A stretch of 64,000 nucleotides of DNA from an uncultured Eubacteriales bacterium. Its GTDB lineage: Bacteria; Bacillota; Clostridia; Oscillospirales; Acutalibacteraceae. The stretch spans positions 2,226 through 66,225 of the forward strand of contig CAKSQT010000001.1 in NCBI GenBank assembly GCA_934486755.1. The letters are read 5' to 3'. A program made the position numbers and the translations under genes. Below the pieces are notes generated by a model, which had not been told where the DNA came from, made no database searches, and saw only the letters and a program-made list of their open reading frames with translations. Of this stretch, positions 17,006 to 27,445 are shown piece after piece (the first letter of the stretch is position 1; each line of letters starts with the position of its first letter).

Positions 17006-18675
17006 TCCAATTCAACCTTAGGCATTACGGCGGAGCAGATAGTTCCTACGCCCACTTCGCTTTGAATTTTCAAGCCGTAATTATCGCCGTAAAGCAGCCG
17101 CAGGCGCCAATTAACATTACGCAGTCCCACGTGTTTCCACTCGCTTGACAGCGGAGCGTTGATATATTCGATAAGCTCGGCGAGTTTTTCCTCGGTCATA
17201 CCGACGCCGTTATCCTTTACCGAAACGGTAATATCGTTTTCGGTTTCGGTTATATTCAGGGTTATGCGCGGGTTTTGCACGTCCTCGTTTGCAAAGCCGT
17301 GATAAACGGCGTTTTCGATTATCGGTTGCAGGCAGTTTTTAAGCAAAACCGTATCGCCCAATTCGCCCGAAATATCGGGAATTTCAAAATTGATATTTAA
17401 GCCGAACCTTATTTGCAGAACCTCAAAACAGCTTTTGCAAACCTCTATTTCGCTTTTGACGTTTGAGAACATACTCGTAACGTCAATACCGCTTCTCAGC
17501 ATTTTAACGGTGCGCTGAATACAGTAGGATATTTTATTATCCGCGCCGAGCTCGTCAAGCGCTATCCAATTTATTGCATCAAGCGTGTTATACATAAAAT
17601 GCGGCGAGAGCTGTAATTGCAGGGATATTATCTGCTGCTGTCTTAACGCCGCAACCTGCCTGTCCACCGAGGCGTTGGCAGTTGCGTATTTATTGGCGAG
17701 CTGTTTTACCGAATTTCGGACGTAGGATACCTCGTCAATGCTTTCAAACGGCGACAGCGGAAAATAATCGTCAAGCGAGAAAAGCAGCTGCTTTATCGGT
17801 CTGTAAGTTGCAACCGAGATAAAATAAGCCGTGCCGACAACAACGACAAACACCAGAATAAAATACATAAACTGCCGCAGATAAAGGGAATTATAATTCG
17901 CCCTATAATAATTCTTAAAGCAGATAGAAACTATATTGAGGTCGGTGTTATCGAGCTTGCGGGAATAGACCTTGCAGGCTTTGCCCTGAGCATAATCAAC
18001 ATTTTTTGAGAGATCTATTTTGCTTTCGCAGAAGTCCGCAATGTTTTTATCAAGCGTATCGGTGCGCACCGATACGGCGATATTGCCGCTTTCGTCGCAT
18101 ACGAAGCCGTTACGGTCGCCCATATCGTCGCTGCCGAGGATTTGTTTGCCGAAAAACATTGTGTTTACAATTATATATACCTTATTCTGATATGAGTAGG
18201 CGTTATTTTTCAAAACAAAGGTCATATAACCGTTATTTGATTTATACATTTCAAGGTTTTTATATTCGCCGAGCTTTTCCGACATATAGGGCTCCGTATT
18301 TCCGACGGTTACGCTGTCGTTATCCGAGGAAATGCGCACGCCGCTTATGTAATCTATCATATACATACCCGTAGAAAGCTGTTTTTCTATATTTTGTATT
18401 CTTGTATGATAGTCGCTTTCGCTCTTATCGGGGATCTTGATAGTGGCATAGGTCGCCGCCGCCGAGGAAATACGGGCTATTGAAACAACGGCGTTATCGT
18501 TCATTCGGGTAAGCCGTTCGGTCTCGGCTATATACATCTGTTTATCAAGCGACTTTTTATTCCCGACAAAAATGAACGCAAAAAGGGTAAGCGCTATCGC
18601 CGATACCGCAAAAGTTATGATAAAAAGAGTTCTTTTGAAATTTTTGTAACGAACGGTTCCTCTGAAATGAAACAA
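16993..18675 (-). CDS. sensor histidine kinase, YesM/LytS-like (two N-terminal TMs, extracellular sensor domain, HisKA_3-type H-box, HATPase_c)
   Basis: 560 aa, TTG start after AGGTGA. 'SPHFMYNTLDAINWIA' is a YesM-type His-kinase motif. 'ENAVYHGF..DNGVGMTEEKL..GVGT' is the ATPase domain. Confidence 0.8.
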   Translation of the reverse strand: MFHFRGTVRYKNFKRTLFIITFAVSAIALTLFAFIFVGNKKSLDKQMYIAETERLTRMNDNAVVSIARISSAAATYATIKIPDKSESDYHTRIQNIEKQLSTGMYMIDYISGVRISSDNDSVTVGNTEPYMSEKLGEYKNLEMYKSNNGYMTFVLKNNAYSYQNKVYIIVNTMFFGKQILGSDDMGDRNGFVCDESGNIAVSVRTDTLDKNIADFCESKIDLSKNVDYAQGKACKVYSRKLDNTDLNIVSICFKNYYRANYNSLYLRQFMYFILVFVVVVGTAYFISVATYRPIKQLLFSLDDYFPLSPFESIDEVSYVRNSVKQLANKYATANASVDRQVAALRQQQIISLQLQLSPHFMYNTLDAINWIALDELGADNKISYCIQRTVKMLRSGIDVTSMFSNVKSEIEVCKSCFEVLQIRFGLNINFEIPDISGELGDTVLLKNCLQPIIENAVYHGFANEDVQNPRITLNITETENDITVSVKDNGVGMTEEKLAELIEYINAPLSSEWKHVGLRNVNWRLRLLYGDNYGLKIQSEVGVGTICSAVMPKVELDIRH

Positions 18676-18680
18676 TTAAT

Positions 18681-20126
18681 TCACCTATCCGACTGCGATT
18701 TTACGGAGTATTCGTGCGGAGTCATTCCGACGTTTCTTTTAAACACCTGCCCGAAGTAGAGGGGATTTTGAAATCCGACCTTGTAGGACACCTCTTTGAC
18801 GGAATATCTGCCCTTCGCAAAAAGCTCTTTTGCCTTGTTTATACGAAAATCCGTCACATAATCCTTGAAATTTTTGCCTGTGTCACGCTTGAAAATACGG
18901 CTGAAATGCGCCGTGCTTATGCACAGATGGTCGCTTAGCGTATTGAGTGAAATTTCGCTGCCGTAGTTATTATTTATATATTCAATAGCCTTTGTGATAA
19001 CCGCGGAATCGCCGTTGGTGCGTTCAAACCGCAGGGAACGCATTTCCTTGAATATATCCTTAAAATCGTCCCTTATTCTCGCCGATTCAAGGCTGTGTTT
19101 TATTTTTTGCACCTTATCGCGGTCCTCGTTTACGGCAGACTTCAAAATTTCATCCGCCACGGAGCGTATTCTGTTAAAGGAAAGCGAATACATCATTATT
19201 TTTTCGGCGTCCTTCACGCCTTCGCCGTTCTTGGCAAGGGCTCGGTCCAGATAAAGCTCGGTGAAATACCTATCGTTCTGAACGTATATATCGCACACAT
19301 TGTCAAGCGGTATGCAGTTATAGGAAAATTCCGCCCGGCAGGCAATTTTAACGTTCTTTTTAAGTTCGTTTAAATAGTCGGTCATTTTGCGGTAGGAAAC
19401 GCTGTCCATTCGTGAAAAAACTATCACCAGCACCGCGTTTTTACTGTTTCCGACCACCGTAAACGCCTTGAAAAATTCATTTTCCATATCCGCGAAATCG
19501 TCCCAAATTCTATAAGGGTCATCGCTTTTAATCTCGCCCGACGCCGCGCTGAAATGCACAAGCTCGGCATTTTTTTCAAGTATTTCGGGGTCTTGATTTT
19601 CAATAGCCTTTCTGAACGCTTGAAGGCTCATTTCGCCGTAATAGTAGTTTCGGATATTTTCCTTAACGCTGTTATGGAGCATTACCATTCGGTTTGAAGT
19701 GCTGATAGCAAAGTTCGTGGTCTTTTCCATTTCGTCCATACAGGCTTTAACAAGCCTTTTAAGCTCCTCAAAGTCGATAGGCTTTGAAACAAAGCCCGAC
19801 GCTTTCAGGTTAATGGCTTTCTGCGCGTATTCAAACATTTGATAACCCGTTATGAAAATGAATTTTGTGCGCGGCGATTTTTCGGCGATATATTCCGCCA
19901 CCGCTATACCGTCAACCTTTTTCATACGTATATCGGTTATGATTATATCGACGCTGCTTGTTTTAAGCAGCTCGATAACCTCCTCGCCGTCGCTGAGAGA
20001 CGCGACAACTTCGGCATTTTCAAAGGATTCGCCTATAAACTTGCTTATACCGTTTCTTATTAACTTTTCGTCGTCACAGACGGCTATACGGTATTTATAC
20101 AAGAACAACACTCCTTTGCAAAGCAA
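18681..20126 (-). CDS. response regulator, YesN-like (N-terminal REC domain + C-terminal AraC-type HTH); likely start TTG at 20102
   Basis: 'RIAVCDDEKLIRNG...DIIITDIRMKKVDG' is the REC domain. C-terminal 'LSDHLCISTAHFSRIFKRDTGKNFKDYVTDFRINKAKELF...VGFQNPLYFGQVFKRNVGMTPHEY' is the AraC HTH. AAAGGAG lies 8 nt before the internal TTG. Confidence 0.85.
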   Translation of the reverse strand: MLCKGVLFLYKYRIAVCDDEKLIRNGISKFIGESFENAEVVASLSDGEEVIELLKTSSVDIIITDIRMKKVDGIAVAEYIAEKSPRTKFIFITGYQMFEYAQKAINLKASGFVSKPIDFEELKRLVKACMDEMEKTTNFAISTSNRMVMLHNSVKENIRNYYYGEMSLQAFRKAIENQDPEILEKNAELVHFSAASGEIKSDDPYRIWDDFADMENEFFKAFTVVGNSKNAVLVIVFSRMDSVSYRKMTDYLNELKKNVKIACRAEFSYNCIPLDNVCDIYVQNDRYFTELYLDRALAKNGEGVKDAEKIMMYSLSFNRIRSVADEILKSAVNEDRDKVQKIKHSLESARIRDDFKDIFKEMRSLRFERTNGDSAVITKAIEYINNNYGSEISLNTLSDHLCISTAHFSRIFKRDTGKNFKDYVTDFRINKAKELFAKGRYSVKEVSYKVGFQNPLYFGQVFKRNVGMTPHEYSVKSQSDR

Positions 20127-20192
20127 TTATCAATTCTATTATACAACTAAAAATGAATTTTGGGTGATGTAATTTTTGGATTTTATCACATA

Positions 20193-20218
20193 CCTCCCCT
20201 TTTTAAATAAAGGGGAGG
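20193..20218. terminator. strong 10-bp stem-loop (CCTCCCCTTT-ttaaat-AAAGGGGAGG) between the dockerin-protein gene and the response regulator gene; possible terminator/RNA-stability hairpin
   Basis: Perfect inverted repeat. A T-run follows on the plus strand (20233-20239), but the U-tract is poor on the minus-strand transcript that would terminate the 1825-aa gene. Confidence 0.35.
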
Positions 20219-20242
20219 CTTTGAGGATATTTTTTTACCGAA

Positions 20243-23200
20243 TTACAGTCCCAATATTTTTTTACGAAGCAGGTTTGCGTCGTTAGTGGTTATCTCGCCG
20301 TCGCCGTCCATATCGGCACGGGCAATCTGCCTGTCGGTAAGCTCTACCTTGCCGAGAATGCAGTAGCGGATAAGAGTAACGTCCTTAACGGTAATTCTGC
20401 CGTCGCCGTTTACGTCGCCCATATCGGTGCCGCCTGTGCGTTTATAGTCCTCCTCTGACATATAACGGAAATTATTTACAACGTTTACATACTGCTCGGA
20501 GGAAATTCGGTTCACAAGACTTGTGTTGTAGCACTCGTCGCTGTCGTAAGTGTTGCCGCGCAGGTACACGCCGTCGCTGCCGTCGGCATTTCCGAATTCT
20601 ATGCCGTATTTCGCGTCGGCGCCGAAGTAGTTGTTTTCTATAACGAAATCGCGGCAGTAGTTCTGGTTGCCCATAACACTCATATAAGAACCGTCGTTCA
20701 ATGTGTTACCCTTAAAGAGGAACGCCATTGAGGAAAGCGGGCGCAATCCGTGCATCAGCATAAACTGCCAATGACCCCAATCGGTCTGACCCTGCGCGGT
20801 ATTGCCTAAGCCCTGACCGTGCATATAAAACGGGTCGTCAAGCGTTGCGTTTACAATACTTGTGTACCAGTTTACGCCCTCATGGGTGTTAAATATCTGA
20901 CCGCCGAATTCCTTATAGGTATTGCCGTCAAACACGGTGTTGATGATAGAACCGTAGGTTCCTGCGGCGCCGCCGCTCTCATAGGAGTTATCTATGAAAT
21001 ATCCGTTAGAACGTGCTTTTTGAATGGCTATAAGGGAGTTGCGGTTCGGACGTACGGCAAAAGGTTTATCCACCTTAATGTCGGAGCCTTTGTTTTCGAC
21101 TATACGTCTTGTCTGACCGACGCCCTGACCGGATATAACATAAACGTCATATCCTACAAGTTGACCCGACTGATAGTTCTTATCTTTCAGGCGGTAGGTG
21201 ACCTCGTCAACATTGGCGGAGCCCATTATTGCGGCGTTATCGCCTATGAACTGCATTACGCCGCCGTCAAGCAGGTGGGTACCGTCGGTCGTGGTAACCT
21301 CGTGGTTATTTCTGCTCGATCCCTTAAATGCGACATTTTTAACGTATATCTCGCCGCTGAGCGCAAGTCCGCCGCCGTTTTCGGGATTGCGGCAATTTTC
21401 AACTATAAGCGCCTGCGTTGAAGCGCAGGGGCACCAGGAATAGAAATCACTGCCTTCAAAACGTGAAAATCTCCAATCTCCGTTTACGCCCTGAATACAA
21501 CCTATATCCATCCACAGTGTAAAATCGGAAAGTTGACCGTTTTCTACCCTGCCCATATCAAGATAGGCGGTGTTTCTGCCGTTTACTTTTCTGGTTTCGG
21601 CTTGTATGTCGTTAGCCATTTCAACCGTAGTGTAGCCCGAGTTCTTTATCGGGGTACCGTCACCGGAGGTGGTGGCGCCCGTTAATTCCTGCAAGTGCAG
21701 GTAAACATCCTTGATGTAAACGTTTTCGGACATCTTCTGCAAACCGCTGAACGTTTTATTTGCAAAACCGCGGAATATTGATTTATGCCTTACCCCATAG
21801 AAAGCAATTCCTTCTATCGAAACGTTGCTTGTATACTGTACGTAAGCGTCAGGCGCGTCGCCCATCATCCAAGCAGTCGGGGTATACATTATTTTGGTTC
21901 GGTTTATACCCTCGCCCTTAAACACAACGTTTTCGGGGATTGTGAGGGTGTTGGTAACACGGTAAATACCTCTCGGCAGATATACAACCCCGCCGCCGTT
22001 TTCAGCCGCGTCTATCAAAGCCGATATTATCGACGCGGTGTCGTTCGTGGTACTGTCGCCTTTGGCGCCGTATTTTTCATCCTGAACGTTAAACACGGTC
22101 TTGCTCCAAGAATCGCGCGGAGAGGCGCCCACCGTGACCTCAAACGGTTCGGACCACGCGGTATTGTCGCCGTAGCCGTTATAAACAATGAGGTTATATT
22201 TACCGTAGGGAACGTCATTCGGAACGGCGATTTTAACGGAATACTCGTCATCATAAAGCTCGGTTATTCCGAGGGTGCGTTTATACGTTCCGTTTGTTAT
22301 TACCGCAGAGAGCTTTGTTACGTCCTGAACAAGCGCCAAGTTACTGCCCTGCGCCCTTATCCAGCCGCCCTGAGTTGCGGTTTTGCCCTCATCGGAAACG
22401 GTGAATTGGATATGAGGGTTATTGATGTAGATAATAACATCGTCAACGGTAAGCCCCGTCATATTGGATATCTGACCCTTATTTACGGCTTTGAGCTTGA
22501 CCGCGTAAACGCCCTTTTGGAAGTTCTCGGGTATTATGAATTTAACCGAAGTCGCGGTCTTTTGCTTGATTTCAAGGGTCTGAGCCTGTGCGTCGTTCCA
22601 AGTCGGCTGTGCGCCGCCCTCCGCCGCCTTCGACTGGAAGGACTGCTCGCCGATATAGGAGGCGTTAGCAGGTTCAAGCGTATTGCCAATCTGCATAATC
22701 TCAACGCCGCTTACGGTCTTGCCGATGTTCTCGCCCGTAACGGTCACCATATCGCCGGGGTTCATTTCGGTATTACCCGAATAGAAGACCTGAATATCGT
22801 TAGGTGCTACGTTTACGTCATAGTCGCCCTTTTTGAAGGCTACGTCAACGTCGTCAACGTAATAGTCATAGGATTTCCAAGTGCTGGGCGTTCCGAAACC
22901 GAAAGCAAGTCTGCCGTATTCCAAAGGCATTCCGAAAATAGCGGAGAGCTTATTTTCGTGTTCGTCGGTAAACGATATTGAACCGCTTATTCCGTTATAG
23001 TTTATTGTAACGGTTATCCAATCGGACGCTGTAAGCGCTTCGTGGTCAAGGCTTCCCATCCAGCCTGAACCGCCGTTATTCGCGCCGTCCTGAATTGTGC
23101 TTGCCGCAACCATTGTGCCTGTCGCGTTATATCCAATACTTGTATAATTATTAACGTCAAGGAAAGAAGGCATAAAGCTCGTTCTGTTAAACGCGTTGCC

Positions 23201-25720
23201 TTCAAGGGTAGACGATGTAACTTTCATTCGGAAAGACACATTCGTCATAACGCCGCCGTTTGCCCACAGCTCGTCGCGTATGGTTATAAATCCGCCGTTG
23301 GCGCTTACCTTCATAACCTTATTCGTCGGATCGGTCGGGTCGGTTACAACCTCAAAGTTCTCGGTTCCCGTTATCTTATTTGTATCTTTGGTGAATTTTG
23401 CCCACTGCTTTAAGGAACCAGATGAAAAATCGTCGGTAAAATGGGTGGTATAATCACCTTCCTTACGGGGTTCAAAATAGTTATTAATTGCTTCTTTGAG
23501 TTCAAGTATATGCTCATAAAATCCCGAAAGTATCAGGCGGGACATATCGTCAAGTCCGTTATACTCCGCAACAGCTTGTTCCACAAGAGCGCTGTGGGAC
23601 GGACGCGCGTCGGCGGCGTCAAGCGCTTCAAGAGCCGCATATTTCTGCTTAAACGCCGCAGTTTCGGCATTATCGCTCAGGAAAACCGACAGTTTAGCAG
23701 CAAATCCGTTATTCAAAAGATAATCCTTTGCTTTTGAGTCTAACTTATTCCAATCGTCAAGCGCGCTTTCAAGAAGCAGTTTATCCGCGTCGGTCAGTTC
23801 TTCGGTTGTCTTGCCGATTAAAGAGGAATACTTAGCCTCAAACAGTCTTCCCATATCCTGCGAATCGTTAAAGGTTCCGCTGACGGTTATATTGTCAACG
23901 TCAACACCTGCGTTCTGGGATATTATTTTCGGAGAGAGGGTAAGACCCGTACCCTCTGGGAAAGTGTAGGTTATCTTTTTAGCGGGCAGAGTTATCTGCT
24001 TTATCTCGGTATCCTCGGACAGCTCTTTATATCCGCTCTCGGCAGTATAATGCTGATAACCGTAGAGAGTCAATATATAGCTTACCGCAACCTCGCGCTT
24101 GCTTTCCCAATTTGTGTAATCAAAGGTTGCGTCAACCTTTGTCCACATATTTCTCTGCCAATTACCGAGACGGTAAGACTCATTGGCTACCCAAGCAGGG
24201 TCCTTTACCACCGTAGCGAGTTTTGAATCGTTATCTTTCGGTGTAAATGTTATTGTCTTATCAGTCGAGACGGCTTTTACAAAATATCCGCCGTCCTGCG
24301 AACGGAAGCAGATACCCGCGCCTATGCCATTCTCCTCGTCATAAAGGAAATACAGGTTTCCCGTTCCCTTTTCAAACCTGAACGAAGCGGAAGCGTTAGC
24401 GGGCTTGTTGCCCTTAGTCCAATACTTCTGATTAACGCCGACTGCGGACTCCTTGCCGAGAGTTACATAGTTATTAACGCCGTCCTCGGTATCCTCAAAG
24501 ACATAATCCGCCGTACCCTCGGTTTTTACATATTTTTCGGTAAACCACGAATCTTCAAAATCCACGGGAGTGAATTTCGCCATATTGGTGATTACGAAAT
24601 CGCCCTTTGCGTCTATCAGCGCTTTTTCGGCGGCAAGGTTCTGTTTTGCGTATTCGCTTAACTTCTCGTAGACCGACATAGCCTCGCCGAAAAGCGCTAT
24701 ATCTTCATCGGTCATTTTTGAGGTTTCAATTTTTAACACCTCGCCGTATTTCTGCTTATAAGCGTCTGCGTCTATCTTGGCGTTTAATTTATCGACCGCG
24801 TCCTTTTGAGCGGAAACGACCTTGCTTACATTCGCTTTTTCAAGAACGGTTTTAACATTGCTGTCAAACTTATTGTAATCGTTGTAAGCCGCTGTAACAG
24901 CTTCGGTATCGGCAAGAGTAAGACTGTCAACCGCCTTATTAAGCACGGTGTTTTCGGCTATAAACTGCTTTGCGGTTACCGCATAGGACTCAATTTTAAG
25001 GTTGTCGAGCTTCATTGAGCCTGTTGACCTGAACATCGGCACAAGCGTAGTAATATCGGTTAAATTATCAAAACTTCTTGTTGCCTCGGCGGTATCGTCG
25101 CCCAAGGCAATTTGCGTTGAGGTTGACGACAGTTTCATAATATCGCCGCTTTGATATTTAAGCACGCCGTTTATTTTGAGCTTTATTGTGACCTTGGTTC
25201 CGTTATATGAAAACTCATATTCATAATGAGCCTTTTTAAACGGTTCAAGCTCGGCGTAAACGCTGTTGTCCTGCGGTACCCAGAAGCAGCCGCAGAATTT
25301 ATTTGCCCAGTCGCCGCCTATTTCCTTAACGGTGCCGTCGGTCATCGTCGCCTTTGTGGCGAACAGTCCGCCGTCGTTATTTCTGACGGTGTTGCCGACC
25401 GCGTTGCCGTTTTTATCGGTCAAGAAAAAATATCCCGTACCCGACACATTGGTGAGGTCGAACGAAATTTTGGTCGGCTTGTTGCCGCCACACCACCATT
25501 TATCAGCTACCTGAACGTCTTTATCCTTTTCAACGGTGAGTGCGCCGTCGGTTATGTTTGAAGCGTTGGTCAGCTTATCGGTCGCCGCCGAAAAGTCTTC
25601 GCTTTCTATAACGTTTATCTGCTTAAAGGTCACCGTTTCGGCGGTGGCAAACAGCGGCAGATACGTAAGGCAGAGAGCTAACGCAACAAGACACGCTGTA
25701 ATTTTATATGTTCTTTTCAT
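20243..25720 (-). CDS. 1825-aa secreted cellulosomal-type protein: novel N-terminal WxxGNKP modules (x2), helical linkers, pectate-lyase-superfamily right-handed beta-helix domain, C-terminal type I dockerin
   Basis: Signal peptide MKRTYKITACLVALALCLTYLPLFATA. 'KYGAKGDSTTNDTASIISALIDAAENGGGVVYLPRGIYRVTNTLTIP' is the hallmark start of Pectate_lyase_3/GH55/GH28-like beta-helices. The C-terminal 'DVNGDGRITVKDVTLIRYCILG...ADMDGDGEITTNDANLLRKKILGL' is a canonical duplicated Ca-binding dockerin. Only 15 nt separate it from the upstream cassette-2 gene. Confidence 0.8.
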   Translation of the reverse strand: MKRTYKITACLVALALCLTYLPLFATAETVTFKQINVIESEDFSAATDKLTNASNITDGALTVEKDKDVQVADKWWCGGNKPTKISFDLTNVSGTGYFFLTDKNGNAVGNTVRNNDGGLFATKATMTDGTVKEIGGDWANKFCGCFWVPQDNSVYAELEPFKKAHYEYEFSYNGTKVTIKLKINGVLKYQSGDIMKLSSTSTQIALGDDTAEATRSFDNLTDITTLVPMFRSTGSMKLDNLKIESYAVTAKQFIAENTVLNKAVDSLTLADTEAVTAAYNDYNKFDSNVKTVLEKANVSKVVSAQKDAVDKLNAKIDADAYKQKYGEVLKIETSKMTDEDIALFGEAMSVYEKLSEYAKQNLAAEKALIDAKGDFVITNMAKFTPVDFEDSWFTEKYVKTEGTADYVFEDTEDGVNNYVTLGKESAVGVNQKYWTKGNKPANASASFRFEKGTGNLYFLYDEENGIGAGICFRSQDGGYFVKAVSTDKTITFTPKDNDSKLATVVKDPAWVANESYRLGNWQRNMWTKVDATFDYTNWESKREVAVSYILTLYGYQHYTAESGYKELSEDTEIKQITLPAKKITYTFPEGTGLTLSPKIISQNAGVDVDNITVSGTFNDSQDMGRLFEAKYSSLIGKTTEELTDADKLLLESALDDWNKLDSKAKDYLLNNGFAAKLSVFLSDNAETAAFKQKYAALEALDAADARPSHSALVEQAVAEYNGLDDMSRLILSGFYEHILELKEAINNYFEPRKEGDYTTHFTDDFSSGSLKQWAKFTKDTNKITGTENFEVVTDPTDPTNKVMKVSANGGFITIRDELWANGGVMTNVSFRMKVTSSTLEGNAFNRTSFMPSFLDVNNYTSIGYNATGTMVAASTIQDGANNGGSGWMGSLDHEALTASDWITVTINYNGISGSISFTDEHENKLSAIFGMPLEYGRLAFGFGTPSTWKSYDYYVDDVDVAFKKGDYDVNVAPNDIQVFYSGNTEMNPGDMVTVTGENIGKTVSGVEIMQIGNTLEPANASYIGEQSFQSKAAEGGAQPTWNDAQAQTLEIKQKTATSVKFIIPENFQKGVYAVKLKAVNKGQISNMTGLTVDDVIIYINNPHIQFTVSDEGKTATQGGWIRAQGSNLALVQDVTKLSAVITNGTYKRTLGITELYDDEYSVKIAVPNDVPYGKYNLIVYNGYGDNTAWSEPFEVTVGASPRDSWSKTVFNVQDEKYGAKGDSTTNDTASIISALIDAAENGGGVVYLPRGIYRVTNTLTIPENVVFKGEGINRTKIMYTPTAWMMGDAPDAYVQYTSNVSIEGIAFYGVRHKSIFRGFANKTFSGLQKMSENVYIKDVYLHLQELTGATTSGDGTPIKNSGYTTVEMANDIQAETRKVNGRNTAYLDMGRVENGQLSDFTLWMDIGCIQGVNGDWRFSRFEGSDFYSWCPCASTQALIVENCRNPENGGGLALSGEIYVKNVAFKGSSRNNHEVTTTDGTHLLDGGVMQFIGDNAAIMGSANVDEVTYRLKDKNYQSGQLVGYDVYVISGQGVGQTRRIVENKGSDIKVDKPFAVRPNRNSLIAIQKARSNGYFIDNSYESGGAAGTYGSIINTVFDGNTYKEFGGQIFNTHEGVNWYTSIVNATLDDPFYMHGQGLGNTAQGQTDWGHWQFMLMHGLRPLSSMAFLFKGNTLNDGSYMSVMGNQNYCRDFVIENNYFGADAKYGIEFGNADGSDGVYLRGNTYDSDECYNTSLVNRISSEQYVNVVNNFRYMSEEDYKRTGGTDMGDVNGDGRITVKDVTLIRYCILGKVELTDRQIARADMDGDGEITTNDANLLRKKILGL

Positions 25721-25735
25721 TGCATTATCCCTCCG

Positions 25736-27445
25736 TTAATAGAATGAAATCTTGTTATCAATATAATATTGATAAAGTTCCTTGCTTATCGGCTCGTTCC
25801 AACGTCCGCCGATGAAGTTGTCAAAATCTCCGCCGAGCGGGTCTTCGAGCTTGCGAACCGTTATATTATCCACATTAACGGTAACATTTGAGCCGTATAA
25901 GCCGATATTGCCGTATGCGGGTATTTCAATGCGGTTTGCGTTGGTATTCTCGCTTAAATCGTCAACATAGGAAATTACTTCCTCGTCATTCCAATAAATC
26001 TTTATTGTGTTGTCAAGCAGATCCATACGCAGATTGTTCTTCTTGCCCGAAAGTATAAGGTCGTATGCCTCGGGATCCTCGGCGTCAAGATAGTTGAGCG
26101 TTACGGTTTTAAGCGCCGTCTGATAAGCCTTTGATTTATCGGTCATCATATTAGCGTAACCGAGGGTGAGCGTTTGGATTATCTTGGTGTGCTTGACCTG
26201 CGTTCCGTCAACCTCTTCGACAACGGTTTGGGTTTTGCTTGAAAGAACCGCCGAATAGGACGATATGCCGTGCATTTTGTTGTATTTAAGTCTGCCGATA
26301 AGTCCGAATGTGTTGGTGTTTGTAAGCGAAATATCGCTTGGGAAGGTAATATCGCACGAAACGGAATAATCGGTCCAGTCGGTACTGCCCGCAAACCAAA
26401 GCCCGTCGCTCACTGGGGTTATAGCAAGATAGCGGTTGGTCTTATCCTTGTTAAGCTCTACCGTTGTTTCGGAAGCGGTGGTCTGCCATATCGGGTTTTC
26501 AACGCTTTCCTCGCCGTCGAACATTGAACCGTCGGTAAAGGTCTCTCTTAACAGAATATCCTCTGTCGGCGGAAGGTCTGGCGGCAGGGTTATCTCGCTT
26601 GACGAGGAGGACGAAGAAGACGATGACGGATTATCGGGGTCTTCGTCAAGCTGATAGCCTTCATAAGCCGTTACCTCAACGCTGAAATCGCTGAAAACGG
26701 CGGTTGCAAGGTCGCTCCTGTCGGTCGAAGAAGCGCCCAAGCCTATGTAAATATCCTTATCGAACTTCACAAACACACCCGACTGTATGGTGACCCATGA
26801 CTTAGGATTGGACGGGGTGAAGTTATATTCGGATTTAACCTTTCCTACGCCCTTGCCCGTTGTAACAAAGGTCATACGGAGCCTTATTCCGTTATCGTAT
26901 CTCGGCGGCTCCTTATAGCTAAGGTTGGAGTTACAAACCTTGCCTGTTTCGGTTCTTGAAACCATAAGCATAGCCTCGGGACGTGCGTGCGCAAGCGCCA
27001 TTGAGGCTCTGCCGTTAAGGCTTGAACGCAGGAGTATGCCTGCCGAGGCGGTTGTGGCAAACGCCGACCAGGAATTAAGCGTTACCTCCGCCGTAACGGT
27101 CGCCTCGTCGTCAACACGGTAGTTGAAGGGTATTTTAAGGTATGCGTAGTCAACCTGATCGCCGTCATACCAGCAGGCAAAGCTGTTGGTTTTTATTGTG
27201 TAGCGGCGGCTTGATTCGTCGCCCGATTCCTCATAGCTTCCGTCGGAGTCATCGAACACCCTTTTTGCGCCGTCGATTGTGGCATAATCCGCCTTTACCT
27301 TGGCAAATTCAAGCTGCGGGTTTACGGATTTTGATACCGTAACCATATCCGCTTTTACATTCATAGAGATGATAAGCGCCGACGCGCAGAGTATAGCCGC
27401 TAACGCAACGCAGATTATCTTTTTTGTTCTTGAAACGTTTGTCAC
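25736..27445 (-). CDS. two-domain beta-sandwich protein with Ser-rich linker (LamG/DUF1080-like C-terminal domain); paralog of 821-2554
   Basis: 569 aa with an N-terminal signal/anchor (IICVALAAILCASALIISMNV) and an SSSSSSSSSSE linker. The C-terminus 'GGRWNEPISKELYQYYIDN' parallels 'GGGWEDPIPDTVKDWTND' of the paralog. Confidence 0.5.
   Translation of the reverse strand: MTNVSRTKKIICVALAAILCASALIISMNVKADMVTVSKSVNPQLEFAKVKADYATIDGAKRVFDDSDGSYEESGDESSRRYTIKTNSFACWYDGDQVDYAYLKIPFNYRVDDEATVTAEVTLNSWSAFATTASAGILLRSSLNGRASMALAHARPEAMLMVSRTETGKVCNSNLSYKEPPRYDNGIRLRMTFVTTGKGVGKVKSEYNFTPSNPKSWVTIQSGVFVKFDKDIYIGLGASSTDRSDLATAVFSDFSVEVTAYEGYQLDEDPDNPSSSSSSSSSSEITLPPDLPPTEDILLRETFTDGSMFDGEESVENPIWQTTASETTVELNKDKTNRYLAITPVSDGLWFAGSTDWTDYSVSCDITFPSDISLTNTNTFGLIGRLKYNKMHGISSYSAVLSSKTQTVVEEVDGTQVKHTKIIQTLTLGYANMMTDKSKAYQTALKTVTLNYLDAEDPEAYDLILSGKKNNLRMDLLDNTIKIYWNDEEVISYVDDLSENTNANRIEIPAYGNIGLYGSNVTVNVDNITVRKLEDPLGGDFDNFIGGRWNEPISKELYQYYIDNKISFY

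Noticed and set aside
21785-22981. 398-aa plus-strand ORF inside the 1825-aa minus-strand gene
   Set aside because: It is antisense to a strongly supported dockerin-protein CDS. Its translation is Arg/Val/Gly-rich nonsense with no RBS. It is a typical shadow ORF of a GC-rich third-position coding strand.
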